Assembly (NCBI GenBank): GCA_022828135.1
Contig: JAJEJB010000049.1
Location: 6,504 to 70,503 of the forward strand
Length of the DNA stretch: 64,000 nt
DNA from: Acidimicrobiia bacterium
Lineage (GTDB): Bacteria > Actinomycetota > Acidimicrobiia > Acidimicrobiales > Aldehydirespiratoraceae
Direction of reading: 5' to 3'
Below, piece after piece: positions 53,795 through 62,770 of this stretch (the first letter of the stretch is position 1; the number at the start of each line of letters is the position of its first letter). A program made the translations under genes and the position numbers. The notes under the pieces are model-generated. The model was not told the DNA's origin. It ran no database searches and worked only from the letters and a program-made list of their open reading frames with translations.

Positions 53795-55220
53795 CGTTGA
53801 GCATCCTCCTCGCGGCAATGGCGGCGACCAGATCGTTGAGCGTCGCCGGGTCTAGGAGCGGCGCTCCGGCTTCTAGTTGTGCTGCGGCGTCATCGAACCG
53901 ATCGGCTTCAAGAAGCATGGAGACAGCCATAATGGCTTCGTCCGGGGTTTCCGGATTGCTGAGAACCTCTAGGAGTTCATCATGGCGTCCAAGACCGCGG
54001 AGCGCCTCGATCTCGACTTGGCGCTTGATTTGCGATGGGATAGAGCCGGGGAGTCGGCCGAGGAGTTCCAGTGCCTTCTCGAACTGACCACTCCACGCTG
54101 CCGTCATTGCGTCGTCAAGTAGTTGCGCGGCCGTGGGTGCTCGAGGACGTTCGGGCGAGGGCGGGAGGCTCAGCGTCATGAACGTATTGCCGCCAAAGTC
54201 GGCCCGAGGCATGCCGGAGAACACGCCGCCAGGCGACATTGCGCGTACGTGAACGGTGAATGTCGCTTCATCGGGATCAATAACGACAATGTTGAACTGG
54301 CGGCGTTCGCCTGCTGGTAGCTGGTCGTCGCCCACCGCCAGGGATCCCGCGCTTGCGACGACCATTGAGGTCAGGTGAGGGAGACGCAGCTCGTACGGTG
54401 CCGCATCCGGGTAGTGCTGATGCCCGTGCAGCCCGACTGTAAACCCGAAGTCGATGAGTCTGTGAGTGACGCGCTGGTCCATGTAGTCGTGGGCGCGCGG
54501 CCCGCCCAGAAGGCTGTGGTGCCAGACTGCGACTGCCACGGGCGCGCTCGACCCAGCAAGCAGCTTCTGCGACGAGGCCAGCGCTGAGGGGTCGATGTCG
54601 CCGGCATGGCAGAAGCAGTCGTTTCCGTACCAGGATGCGAAACCGGCGACCGCCAAGCCTAAGGACGGATACTCGGCAAAGAGAAGGTCTCCGTCGCCGT
54701 GCCCGAGCGGGCTCGGGTCGAGACCCGCGTAGAAGTCGGCCCGGAACTTCCGAAAGTGGTCGCAGCGCGATTCGTAGAGAGCACTATCCGCTACCTCATA
54801 CGGCCGCTGGTCTTCCCAGTTCCACCGGAGTCCAGAGTCAGGGCGCAGGGCCTCATCTGCAATCCCACTCGGGCAGTCAGACAGCGGCTTCATCGCGTCG
54901 CGAGCGCGGCTCCAGTCAACATCGTGATTGCCGGGAACGATGACCACACGTGACCGGTCCGAGTCGACGAACTCGGCCGCGAGACGGACCAAGAAGTCCC
55001 CAGCTTCGGCATACTGGTCCTCGATCTCATCGCCGGGGCTCGGGCCTCCAGCAGAAACACCTTGGATCAAGTCACCGCTCACGATGATCAGGTCCGGCCT
55101 CCGTATGCCGTCAAGCTCCCAACGAGCGGCGTCGCTCGACATGGCTGTCAGCAGCTCGTCGTTGCCCACACGGGGGCCCGCGGTCCTATGCAGGTCCGAA
55201 ATATGAAGCAGTGCCGGCAC
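53781..55220 (-). CDS. calcineurin-like metallophosphoesterase with a C-terminal helical (TPR-like) region
   Basis: Motifs in order: ISDLH, VSGDL, VPGNHD, VWHH, GLHGHQH. The C-terminal 100 aa or so is Ala/Leu/Glu-rich and helical-looking. GTG start. Confidence 0.8.
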   Translation of the reverse strand: MPALLHISDLHRTAGPRVGNDELLTAMSSDAARWELDGIRRPDLIIVSGDLIQGVSAGGPSPGDEIEDQYAEAGDFLVRLAAEFVDSDRSRVVIVPGNHDVDWSRARDAMKPLSDCPSGIADEALRPDSGLRWNWEDQRPYEVADSALYESRCDHFRKFRADFYAGLDPSPLGHGDGDLLFAEYPSLGLAVAGFASWYGNDCFCHAGDIDPSALASSQKLLAGSSAPVAVAVWHHSLLGGPRAHDYMDQRVTHRLIDFGFTVGLHGHQHYPDAAPYELRLPHLTSMVVASAGSLAVGDDQLPAGERRQFNIVVIDPDEATFTVHVRAMSPGGVFSGMPRADFGGNTFMTLSLPPSPERPRAPTAAQLLDDAMTAAWSGQFEKALELLGRLPGSIPSQIKRQVEIEALRGLGRHDELLEVLSNPETPDEAIMAVSMLLEADRFDDAAAQLEAGAPLLDPATLNDLVAAIAARRMLNDATS

Positions 55221-55414
55221 ACCTCGACTCTAGATGTGAGCGCCACCGCGAAGGTGAGCGATCACGCGAAATCGCGTTCTGCGACCATCCGAATCTCTGA
55301 GTTCGGGTAGCGAGCTGCTTGATGTGGGACGGTGGTGGTGGCGTCGCGGATCTCGTATTCGACGGGTGCGAGCATGCCGAAGGACATCTCTTGGCTCGGC
55401 AGGGATCGGGACGC

Positions 55415-56584
55415 CTACCTGAGTATGTCGAGCACGGATTCGGCTATGGCTTGGCCCAGTAGTGGCGGTACGGCGTTGCCGATCTGTTTCGCAATCTGAG
55501 TTCGTGAGCCGGCGAATGAGAAGTCGTCGTCGAACGATTGCAGCCTTGCTCCCTCACGCAGGGTGAGCGCCCGGTCCTGGAACGGGTGGATGCACTTGTT
55601 GGAGGCGGGGTGCACGAAGTTGACCGTGAGGGTGACAGCAGGCTCGTCCGGGTCGAGGCGCGAGTAGCATGACGAGAATCCCGAGGTGATCAGGTGTTGT
55701 GGCACAGAGCTGATGTTCGTGCCCGAATGGCGGATGATCTCCAGCATGCGCTCGGAGTGGCCTGTCGCCACATGCAGACTGAGGCGTTGGGAGCGTCGGC
55801 GCCGGGCTGCCTGATAGTCGTTCTGTGGCGGGAGGTCGTACTGGTCTGCGGTCTTGCCCGCGGCGACTGGGGGGAGGTCTCCGATCGCCTCCATCGCAGT
55901 TAGCGCGTCGGGCAGTTTGGGCTCGTCGAACATGAATAGTCCCGGCTCGTCGGGTGGCGGCGGAGGCGCGAGTCGCCGTGCCCGGTCGCGTACCCCGATC
56001 GTCTTGAACTCGCCTGCGTGAGTCGGTGAGGGGAACTTCGCTCGGGTGCCGTGCTGGGCGCCGATCATCACGAGACGCTCCCGCTTTTGGGGAACGCCGA
56101 AATGGGCGGCGTTGATGATCCTCCAGTCCGACGTGTACCCGAGCCCGTCGAAGCACTCCTGGATTTGCTCTATCGTGGTCCCTTGATTGTGGGTGGCCAA
56201 GCCCACGACGTTTTCCATGACGAACACCTGTGGCCTGAAGTAGTTGACGTAGGCAGCGAACTCTTCAAAGAGGGAGTTCCGCGGGTCGTCCTCCATTGCG
56301 GACCGGAATGGCCGAATCGACGAGAAGCCCTGGCACGGCGGTCCGCCCACGATGACGTCCACCTCACCGCGGGCTAGCCCTGTCCGGTGTGCCACCGATC
56401 GAAGCCGCACTTCTCGTATGTCCGCTTCCAGGGCCACCGACCGCGCGTGATTGAGCCGGAAGGTCTCCACAGCGACCGGCAGCACGTCGATGCCGTATAC
56501 GACGCTGAAGGCGCCCGTGTTCTCGAACCCCTTCGAGAATCCACCTGTCCCGCAGAACAGGTCCATCACCTTCATGCTCGCCAT
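55415..56584 (-). CDS. DNA (cytosine-5)-methyltransferase
   Basis: Motif I DLFCGTGGFSKGF, IV GGPPCQGFS, VI VMENV, VIII GVPQKRERL, X GNAVPP. ATG at 56584 lies 7 nt after GGAGGTG; the track start at 56692 overlaps the divergent gene. Confidence 0.9.
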   Translation of the reverse strand: MASMKVMDLFCGTGGFSKGFENTGAFSVVYGIDVLPVAVETFRLNHARSVALEADIREVRLRSVAHRTGLARGEVDVIVGGPPCQGFSSIRPFRSAMEDDPRNSLFEEFAAYVNYFRPQVFVMENVVGLATHNQGTTIEQIQECFDGLGYTSDWRIINAAHFGVPQKRERLVMIGAQHGTRAKFPSPTHAGEFKTIGVRDRARRLAPPPPPDEPGLFMFDEPKLPDALTAMEAIGDLPPVAAGKTADQYDLPPQNDYQAARRRRSQRLSLHVATGHSERMLEIIRHSGTNISSVPQHLITSGFSSCYSRLDPDEPAVTLTVNFVHPASNKCIHPFQDRALTLREGARLQSFDDDFSFAGSRTQIAKQIGNAVPPLLGQAIAESVLDILR

Positions 56585-56619
56585 CCGGAGCCACCTCCAT
56601 TCCTGAGAAATCAGCAGTT

Positions 56620-56643
56620 CTGGAGAGACTATAGTCTCTCCAG
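56620..56643. promoter_or_regulatory. perfect 24-bp palindrome CTGGAGAGACTATAGTCTCTCCAG, a C-box-like operator in the methyltransferase/nuclease divergent intergenic region
   Basis: Perfect self-complementarity. It contains GACT..AGTC half-sites around a TATA centre, and lies 34 nt upstream of the HTH-nuclease start. Confidence 0.6.
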
Positions 56644-56676
56644 TGGCTCCCGCAGTGACACCTACGATCATAAGTC

Positions 56677-57582
56677 GTGGATGCGACATCACCGGGGGAC
56701 CCGGCAGAGGAGGCAGCGAGAGCCTTCGCTCGCGCTGTGGGCACAGTCGTCGCCCGGCTCCGCGGAGAACGCGGTTGGTCGCTAGAGGACCTGGCCGATG
56801 AAGCGGGCCGTCACCGGACCTACGTCGGGCTGATCGAGCGAGGCGAGCGACACCTCAGCGTCGCGTCGGCCTTTCGGCTTGCTCAAGCGCTCGGCCTGTC
56901 TCTCTCGGACCTCATCAACCTTGCGGAGGCGCATGTTTCGGGAGCGCGGGTCCCGGTCCGATTTCGGCTACGGTCCTCGCCGCCGAACGCGACCCGCGGA
57001 GTCGAGGCCGTACAGCAAGTCGCCGGATTGGAGGAGACCTGGATCCCCTCCGCCATCGAGGCGACCTACGCGACGCTGGACCGTATCGACGAGCAACTCG
57101 TCAACACAGGGTCACTGCCTCTCGCTGAGGTCGTAGAACTCGCCAACCTGTCTGCGATCGTCGGCAACCTGCTGAGGTCGGCCCTGGAGGTGAACTCCCG
57201 CGGGGTCTACAAGAGCAACGCCCCTCACACGTTTCCAGATCTCGTGTCGCAGTCCGGCACGTCCCAAGGCTTGGAGATCAAGATCGCCCTCGAAGGCAAC
57301 ATGCCTAAGGGCCACTTGCCCAAGCCGGGGGCACACCTCATTTGTCGCTATGTGCTCGCTGAACGGGATGGGACCTACTCTCGCGGAAATCGGGGCAACG
57401 TCGTATGGATTTGGGAGGCCCGACTCGGAGAACTAACCGAAGACGACTTCAACACCTCCAACACGCCCGGCGACTCAGGCAAGACAGCAGTGATAAGCGC
57501 CGAAGCCCTATACCGACTCACCTGCATCTACTACGACGGGCGGTTCCGTCCCATCGCCAGACCCCGTGCCGGCCACCACTAG
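56677..57582 (+). CDS. XRE-type HTH fused to a PD-(D/E)xK restriction-endonuclease-like domain
   Basis: HTH WSLEDLADEAGRHRTYVGLIERGERHLSVASAFRLAQALG, then FPD-x11-EIK (PDLVSQSGTSQGLEIK). Divergent from the m5C methyltransferase. Confidence 0.6.
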   Translation: MDATSPGDPAEEAARAFARAVGTVVARLRGERGWSLEDLADEAGRHRTYVGLIERGERHLSVASAFRLAQALGLSLSDLINLAEAHVSGARVPVRFRLRSSPPNATRGVEAVQQVAGLEETWIPSAIEATYATLDRIDEQLVNTGSLPLAEVVELANLSAIVGNLLRSALEVNSRGVYKSNAPHTFPDLVSQSGTSQGLEIKIALEGNMPKGHLPKPGAHLICRYVLAERDGTYSRGNRGNVVWIWEARLGELTEDDFNTSNTPGDSGKTAVISAEALYRLTCIYYDGRFRPIARPRAGHH

Positions 57583-57799
57583 GACTCAGGAGGGTCGATC
57601 TGAGACTCTGGTCATGCATCCCGGAGGACGGGTGCGGTTATCCCTCGTCACCCGCTGCCTCAACGACCCCGAACTCCTAAGTTGATCGACATATCCGGTC
57701 TACCGGGCTACACGAGAGTTGACCGGACCACTCGTTGTCAGATGGGACTGGTGATCTGACCGGGAGGGGACTCAGATCGTCGCCATGCTCCTTCGGGCC

Positions 57800-58588
57800 T
57801 CAGACCGTCGCGACCGTGCCACCCTGGTCCCACTCGGTGCTCAGGTTTCCGAAGGCTCGGTGGAAGGCGAGCATCGTGTCGCCGCAGTGCGATCCGGGGC
57901 CACAGTGCGGGACGCCGGCGGGGCGGAAGAAGTAGGTGCCCGCCCCGGCGGTGATCATCTCGTCGGTCTCGGTGGACCGCTCCCGCAGGACAGCCTCGCC
58001 GTCGATCACGAAGCACTCCTCATGGTGGGGATGGTGGTGCCAGCCGCCGTCGTCGTGGTCCCATTGGTGGGCGCCGCCGAGCCAGACGTCGCCGACCGGG
58101 CCCCGGCCCAGAGGCTTGACGTGCCGACCGGGCATCTCTGGAACCGGGATCCAGTCCTGCTCGGAAGCCCGGCCGGGCACCAGCTCGGCCGGCTGACCCA
58201 TGAAGGTCGGGTCGTACCGCACCGGAGCGGACGTCATAAGCAGGGCGGCGCCGTCGGCTGTGATCCGCAGCCGGGGGATGGTCCGCCCCTTCGGGAGGTG
58301 GACGTAGTCCCCGGCCTCCAGGGGGTGCGGTCCGGCCTCGATCGAGCCCTGGATCACGAAGAGCTCCACGTCGGCGGTGAACGCGCCCCGTGCCTCCGTT
58401 CCCCAGCCCGCCCGCAGGCGCACCAGACGGGTGCTCGAGCCCCTCAGGTCGGTCGACAGGATCCGGGCCCCGAGGGAGCCGTCGATCCCGGGGATGGTCA
58501 TCGGTCTGGTCGGCAGCGAGGCGTCTTGGATCCCGGCCAGGTGCGTGGCCGTTCTGTCGACCAGAGCCGGGTCTATGCGGTCTGCCAT
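57800..58588 (-). CDS. cupin-domain protein (probably bicupin)
   Basis: Two cupin-like segments (GDYVHLPKG; HHHPHHEECFVIDGEA...GTYFFRPAGVPH). Confidence 0.65.
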   Translation of the reverse strand: MADRIDPALVDRTATHLAGIQDASLPTRPMTIPGIDGSLGARILSTDLRGSSTRLVRLRAGWGTEARGAFTADVELFVIQGSIEAGPHPLEAGDYVHLPKGRTIPRLRITADGAALLMTSAPVRYDPTFMGQPAELVPGRASEQDWIPVPEMPGRHVKPLGRGPVGDVWLGGAHQWDHDDGGWHHHPHHEECFVIDGEAVLRERSTETDEMITAGAGTYFFRPAGVPHCGPGSHCGDTMLAFHRAFGNLSTEWDQGGTVATV

Positions 58589-58625
58589 GGCCCTCAGCCC
58601 GGGCCCCGGGTTGCCGCTCGGCCTC

Positions 58626-59156
58626 TCAGGCGTCGAGCACTTGGTAGCCGGCCTCGGCCAGGTCGACCACCGGCGGCAGCGTGGACCACGGGAAGTTGAT
58701 CCACAGGTCGGTGCGTCGCCACACGTAGTCGCACTTCACCAGCGAATGCGACTTCTCATAGAGCACGGCCGAGCGGACCTCGGCCACCTCATCGAGGCAG
58801 TAGTCGCGCACCAGCTTGAGCGTGTGGCCGGTGTCGGCCACATCGTCGGCGATCAGGATCTTGGACCGGCGGTGGTCGACCAGGTCGAGTTGGGGAGGCA
58901 GCACTACCGGGACCTCCAGGCGCTCGCCGACCCCGGTGTAGTACTCGCAGTTCATCACGTAGACGTTCTTCACGGAGAGCGCGTAGCCCAGCGACCCGGC
59001 GCAGAACAGCCCGCCCCGGGCGATGGCCAGGATCATGTCTGGCCGGTACCCGTCGTCGGCGACCATGTGCGCCAACTCGCGGACGCCGCGCCCGTAGAGC
59101 GCCCAGTCCATCTCCTCCCTTGCCGTACCGTCGTTCACCGGTCGCATCCTCCTCAT
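58626..59156 (-). CDS. phosphoribosyltransferase (purine PRT-like)
   Basis: PRPP-binding motif KILIADDVADTGHTL. Start is ambiguous (59156, 59147 or 59111). Confidence 0.75.
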   Translation of the reverse strand: MRRMRPVNDGTAREEMDWALYGRGVRELAHMVADDGYRPDMILAIARGGLFCAGSLGYALSVKNVYVMNCEYYTGVGERLEVPVVLPPQLDLVDHRRSKILIADDVADTGHTLKLVRDYCLDEVAEVRSAVLYEKSHSLVKCDYVWRRTDLWINFPWSTLPPVVDLAEAGYQVLDA

Positions 59157-59297
59157 CGTCGGTCGCTCCACAGTTCCTACTAGGTTCCGATCCCCTCCCG
59201 GCGGACCCCAAGGCTTGGAGTCCCGAGTCTGTCCCAGCCGCGCCACGATCGCGGCGCGATGATTGCCGTATGGCGTGCCTGAGGAACCCTGCTGGAC

Positions 59298-61040
59298 TCA
59301 GCGTCGCACATGCCTGCGGTCAAGGTAGGCGAGGTCCAGGGCGTGGGTATTGTGCTCCGGTCGCCTAGTGGCCAGCTGTGCGTCCCGGCGCGCGTCGGTG
59401 ACGATGTAAGGGACCGACACCCGGCCTTCGATGGCAGCTTCGATGGCCTCGATCGCGATGCGCACTTCCTCGTCGGTGGCGCCGGGACGATCAGGGTCCA
59501 CGGGGATCCGCAGGCTCCGGGTCTCGTGGCCGGGATCCACACCGATCTCAACGCGGTTGGCCCGCATGTCGACGTCGACGAAGTGCACCAGCCAGTCAAG
59601 GCCGCCAGGCTCTTGGGCCGTGGGGCCGATGCCGAGGATGTCGGAAACCTCGTCGCTTGCGTCTCGCAGCTCGAAGTAGCTGTGGGCAGCGCCTGTGCGC
59701 AACTCCAAGTCGGCGTTGGCCGCGACGAGTTCGACGGTGGGTGCGCTGGGAGCGTCGTCGCCCTTGAGCCACACCCACGCGCCGAACGTGTCGTAGTGGT
59801 CGACGGCTAGGCCGGCGATGCGGCTCATCTCGATCTCGAGTACCTCGTCAAGCAGCGCTTGCAGCACCGGGATGCGGGCCAGGCGGTGCCGGGCCTGCGG
59901 CCGCGTCACCCCATACTGCTCCATGTAGAAGTCCTCGGTGACCGCCGACGAGCCGGCCATGTCCGGTTCGAGCTGATAGGAACTCAACGCGTCGAGGGCT
60001 GTCTGGACTCCCGATGGCTCGCAGAAGCCCGGCCAGGATTCCGGCTCCGGCGTGCAGAGATGCATGAATGACGGCGCGATGACGCTGGGCGCGTGGCACT
60101 CCTCGATGTAGTGGTCGAGGCCGACGTAGTAGCCGTCGGACTGGACTCCGCCCACTTCCACGAGATCGCCCGTCGTCATCGGTTCACCGTCTCGCACCCG
60201 AAGCTGTTGCGTCTCCACCGTGAAGGCGACTTCGGGCTGTCCCAGCCTGACGAAGGTACGTCGGAGCGCCGTCGGAGTATGTCTGCGAGTATCGATGCCG
60301 TCGCGGACAAAGAAGAACTCGGGAGTCTCGCGGCGGTGTAGAGGAGTCCTGTCATCCGGTAGCCACAGATAGGTGCAGCGTCCCTCGATCTCTAGCACGC
60401 CCCAGTCGGAGATGGCATTGCTACCCAAGGAGTCGTCGGTCGGAATCATCCCTGCAACGGGCGGTGGACTGCTCGGCAAGTCGGGAGGATGACTGGTCGA
60501 AGGCCCCATCCACGCCACCCAGAACGAGACGTGAGCGAGGCACACATCGGGAGCGTCGGTGTCAGATCCGCGCCAAGTCCGGTGAAACTCATTGAATTCT
60601 TCGCCCTTCTGATTGAACTCCTGTCGCCAGCCTTGAACACCCAGGACGGCCACATGATCACCGGGTGATACTTCTATCGCATTGCCCACACGCAGAGTTT
60701 CATCGCGCTGATCATAGGTGGTCGTCGTGAGGGGCAGCCTCAAGAAACTACGGATGGGCCGGTCTTCTTCGCTCAATTCGACACCATCGCGATGAGTTAC
60801 ATCAAGGTACGCGCACCCGATGTGATCAAGCGCGAGATAGCCATGCCATATCTGGTCGGCATGCCATCCGCCTGGATCCCATTCATACAGTTCGACGATG
60901 GATCCAGCTATCTCACGGTCATCCTTGGGGCCATTGGGTGAACAGCCAGCGGCTACGGGAATTGCGAGTACTAATCCCAACACGAGAGCGCGGTGCCACC
61001 GAACGGTGGCACTCATTTGCTCCCAAAGAGTATGTTTCAC
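59298..61040 (-). CDS. lipoprotein of unknown function
   Basis: LVLGLVLAIPVAAGCS lipobox. 580-aa ORF with no recognised motif. Confidence 0.55.
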   Translation of the reverse strand: MKHTLWEQMSATVRWHRALVLGLVLAIPVAAGCSPNGPKDDREIAGSIVELYEWDPGGWHADQIWHGYLALDHIGCAYLDVTHRDGVELSEEDRPIRSFLRLPLTTTTYDQRDETLRVGNAIEVSPGDHVAVLGVQGWRQEFNQKGEEFNEFHRTWRGSDTDAPDVCLAHVSFWVAWMGPSTSHPPDLPSSPPPVAGMIPTDDSLGSNAISDWGVLEIEGRCTYLWLPDDRTPLHRRETPEFFFVRDGIDTRRHTPTALRRTFVRLGQPEVAFTVETQQLRVRDGEPMTTGDLVEVGGVQSDGYYVGLDHYIEECHAPSVIAPSFMHLCTPEPESWPGFCEPSGVQTALDALSSYQLEPDMAGSSAVTEDFYMEQYGVTRPQARHRLARIPVLQALLDEVLEIEMSRIAGLAVDHYDTFGAWVWLKGDDAPSAPTVELVAANADLELRTGAAHSYFELRDASDEVSDILGIGPTAQEPGGLDWLVHFVDVDMRANRVEIGVDPGHETRSLRIPVDPDRPGATDEEVRIAIEAIEAAIEGRVSVPYIVTDARRDAQLATRRPEHNTHALDLAYLDRRHVRR

Positions 61041-61061
61041 TGTGCCGTCCGACTAATCGAG

Positions 61062-61451
61062 TTATCGCACAGTCCGGTCTCCGGAGGTAAGCACCGAAAC
61101 TCCGAGAAAGTTCTCGACCTCCAGAATTGCAGAAAAGTGCGCGCTGACTCCGTGTGCCGTACACGAAGTGCTTGTCCCGCCCATGTGCAGGCCGTAAGCG
61201 ATACCATGACGGAACCAGGGTCCGCCACTGTCGCCTGGACATTGGCGCAAATAGTCTCCGGTTACCCGCACGAATACGGCTGCACAGTCAGTGGGTTGCT
61301 TCCTGCTGTTCAGGCAAGCATCTTTCCCTACGCTCCGGTAATCGGGCGAATAGTCGATTCTGTCCACAGTGCCACAGGTTGTTCCGGTTCGCTTCCCGGT
61401 GTGGCACACGAAGTCTCCTACCATGGCCAAGCGTGAGCGGCGACCGCTCAC
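61062..61451 (-). pseudogene. 5'-truncated S1 (streptogrisin/alpha-lytic type) serine protease fragment
   Basis: Only the C-terminal barrel is present (VCHTGKRTGTTCGTV...CPGDSGGPWF...GG...C...). The His/Asp half and the pre-pro region are absent, and another gene's stop lies 44 nt upstream. Confidence 0.55.
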
Positions 61452-61494
61452 ATCGCACTCGATATTCGATTGGGCACCACATAGATAGGCCCCC

Positions 61495-61788
61495 TTACAG
61501 CGATTCGAGGTGCTGGATGAGGTGGTCGTCTAACTCGATTCGACGCGGCAGCAGCAGAGCGGCGTTCACGGACTCGGGTTCCACCCTTATGGCATGCTTC
61601 CGCCACAAACGGTCAACGATGGAAGCGAGCGAGATCGGACAGCACTGATCGTCTTCGAACTCGAGATAGATGCGCGCGTCGCGTACGAGGCTCTCGCAAG
61701 TGGTGACTCCGAGAATGATCGGACTCCAACCCCGGTCTGTTCGAAGTATAGCCCTTTGTCCGTCGCTCAAATCCGCAAATTCGTTCAT
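61495..61788 (-). CDS. small hypothetical protein
   Basis: ATG at 61788. The 97-aa product looks globular (MNEFADLSDGQRAILRTDRGW...). The longer track ORF adds a basic low-complexity N-terminus. Confidence 0.35.
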   Translation of the reverse strand: MNEFADLSDGQRAILRTDRGWSPIILGVTTCESLVRDARIYLEFEDDQCCPISLASIVDRLWRKHAIRVEPESVNAALLLPRRIELDDHLIQHLESL

Positions 61789-62061
61789 GCTGATGCCCGG
61801 ACATGCGGGAGGCTGTCGGGCGCCTCTCCTGAGGGCGGGCTGAGCCTGACGGGTATCTCGATGCCAGAGGCGCCGCTTCTCTCGATCCCCCAAACGAGTA
61901 GCGTCGGCACCCGGCCTAGCTGTCTCGCTCGCCATGGGAAGATCAAGAACAAGCACGGCACCGAACGCGACAACGCTTAGCATAGAGCCACCACAGCTAG
62001 CTCTCGGAGATCGGATGGATGTGCGGTGTGCTCTGTGTGCTGAACACCCACGCAGGCTCTG

Positions 62062-62667
62062 CTACGCCCTGCAATTAATGTCCTTCTGGTTCTCACGAGT
62101 GGCCCTCTTGTCGAACCACCAACGGATGTTGACCACAGCGGTGACTCTTGTTCGCCAAGTGGTCGCTTCATACGAATTGCAGCGAACGTGTACAGGCACC
62201 TGCACCCCTGAGTATCCCGTGTGTGAAGAGTATACGGACTTTGACTTTGTAGCCATCGTACGCCAGAAGCACTGCCGGGGAGAGGGCCCGGGATAGCAGT
62301 AGTACTGCTGTAGTTCCACGGTTACGTTGGCCTTATCGGGGCAACTGCTCTTGTCGGTTGATGTGTTCCTCCAAGATCCATGTCCTGAGGCATCACCACC
62401 TGATGGATGTGGGTTATGGGCTTCCGCGACGAACCTGCATGAACGCCCGGGCCACTGCGCCCCCTGCTTCACGCCTTCCACGGCGTCGTATGCGGGATCG
62501 GGTTCGGACGGCTGTATGTCACTGGGCTCAGACTGGCTGGCCTGGGCTGGTGTGGCGGTGGCAGCGGCCGGCGTGGCGTTGGAGGCACATAGCAGCGCCG
62601 CGATTGCAAGCACCAAGACGGCCTTCTTGTGCCAAGGGCGGTCATGTCTGGACAGGCTCATCTTCAT
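62062..62667 (-). CDS. secreted Cys-containing hypothetical protein
   Basis: ATG at 62667 follows GAAGGAG. Signal-peptide-like KKAVLVLAIAALLCASNA. The track extension to 62829 runs through the tandem repeats. Confidence 0.5.
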   Translation of the reverse strand: MKMSLSRHDRPWHKKAVLVLAIAALLCASNATPAAATATPAQASQSEPSDIQPSEPDPAYDAVEGVKQGAQWPGRSCRFVAEAHNPHPSGGDASGHGSWRNTSTDKSSCPDKANVTVELQQYYCYPGPSPRQCFWRTMATKSKSVYSSHTGYSGVQVPVHVRCNSYEATTWRTRVTAVVNIRWWFDKRATRENQKDINCRA

Positions 62668-62770
62668 CTGGACTCCTTCATTCGTGTTGACGGCATGACT
62701 ACGCGTATCAGCCTGATGGGGCACACGGAGCCGGATCTGGTGCCAACCTTGTGGCGCCCGATGCCGATTC

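Noticed and set aside
56585-56692. N-terminal extension of the methyltransferase ORF to 56692.
   Set aside because: It runs through the palindromic operator and overlaps the divergent HTH-nuclease start. The ATG at 56584 has a good GGAGGTG RBS and sits just before motif I.
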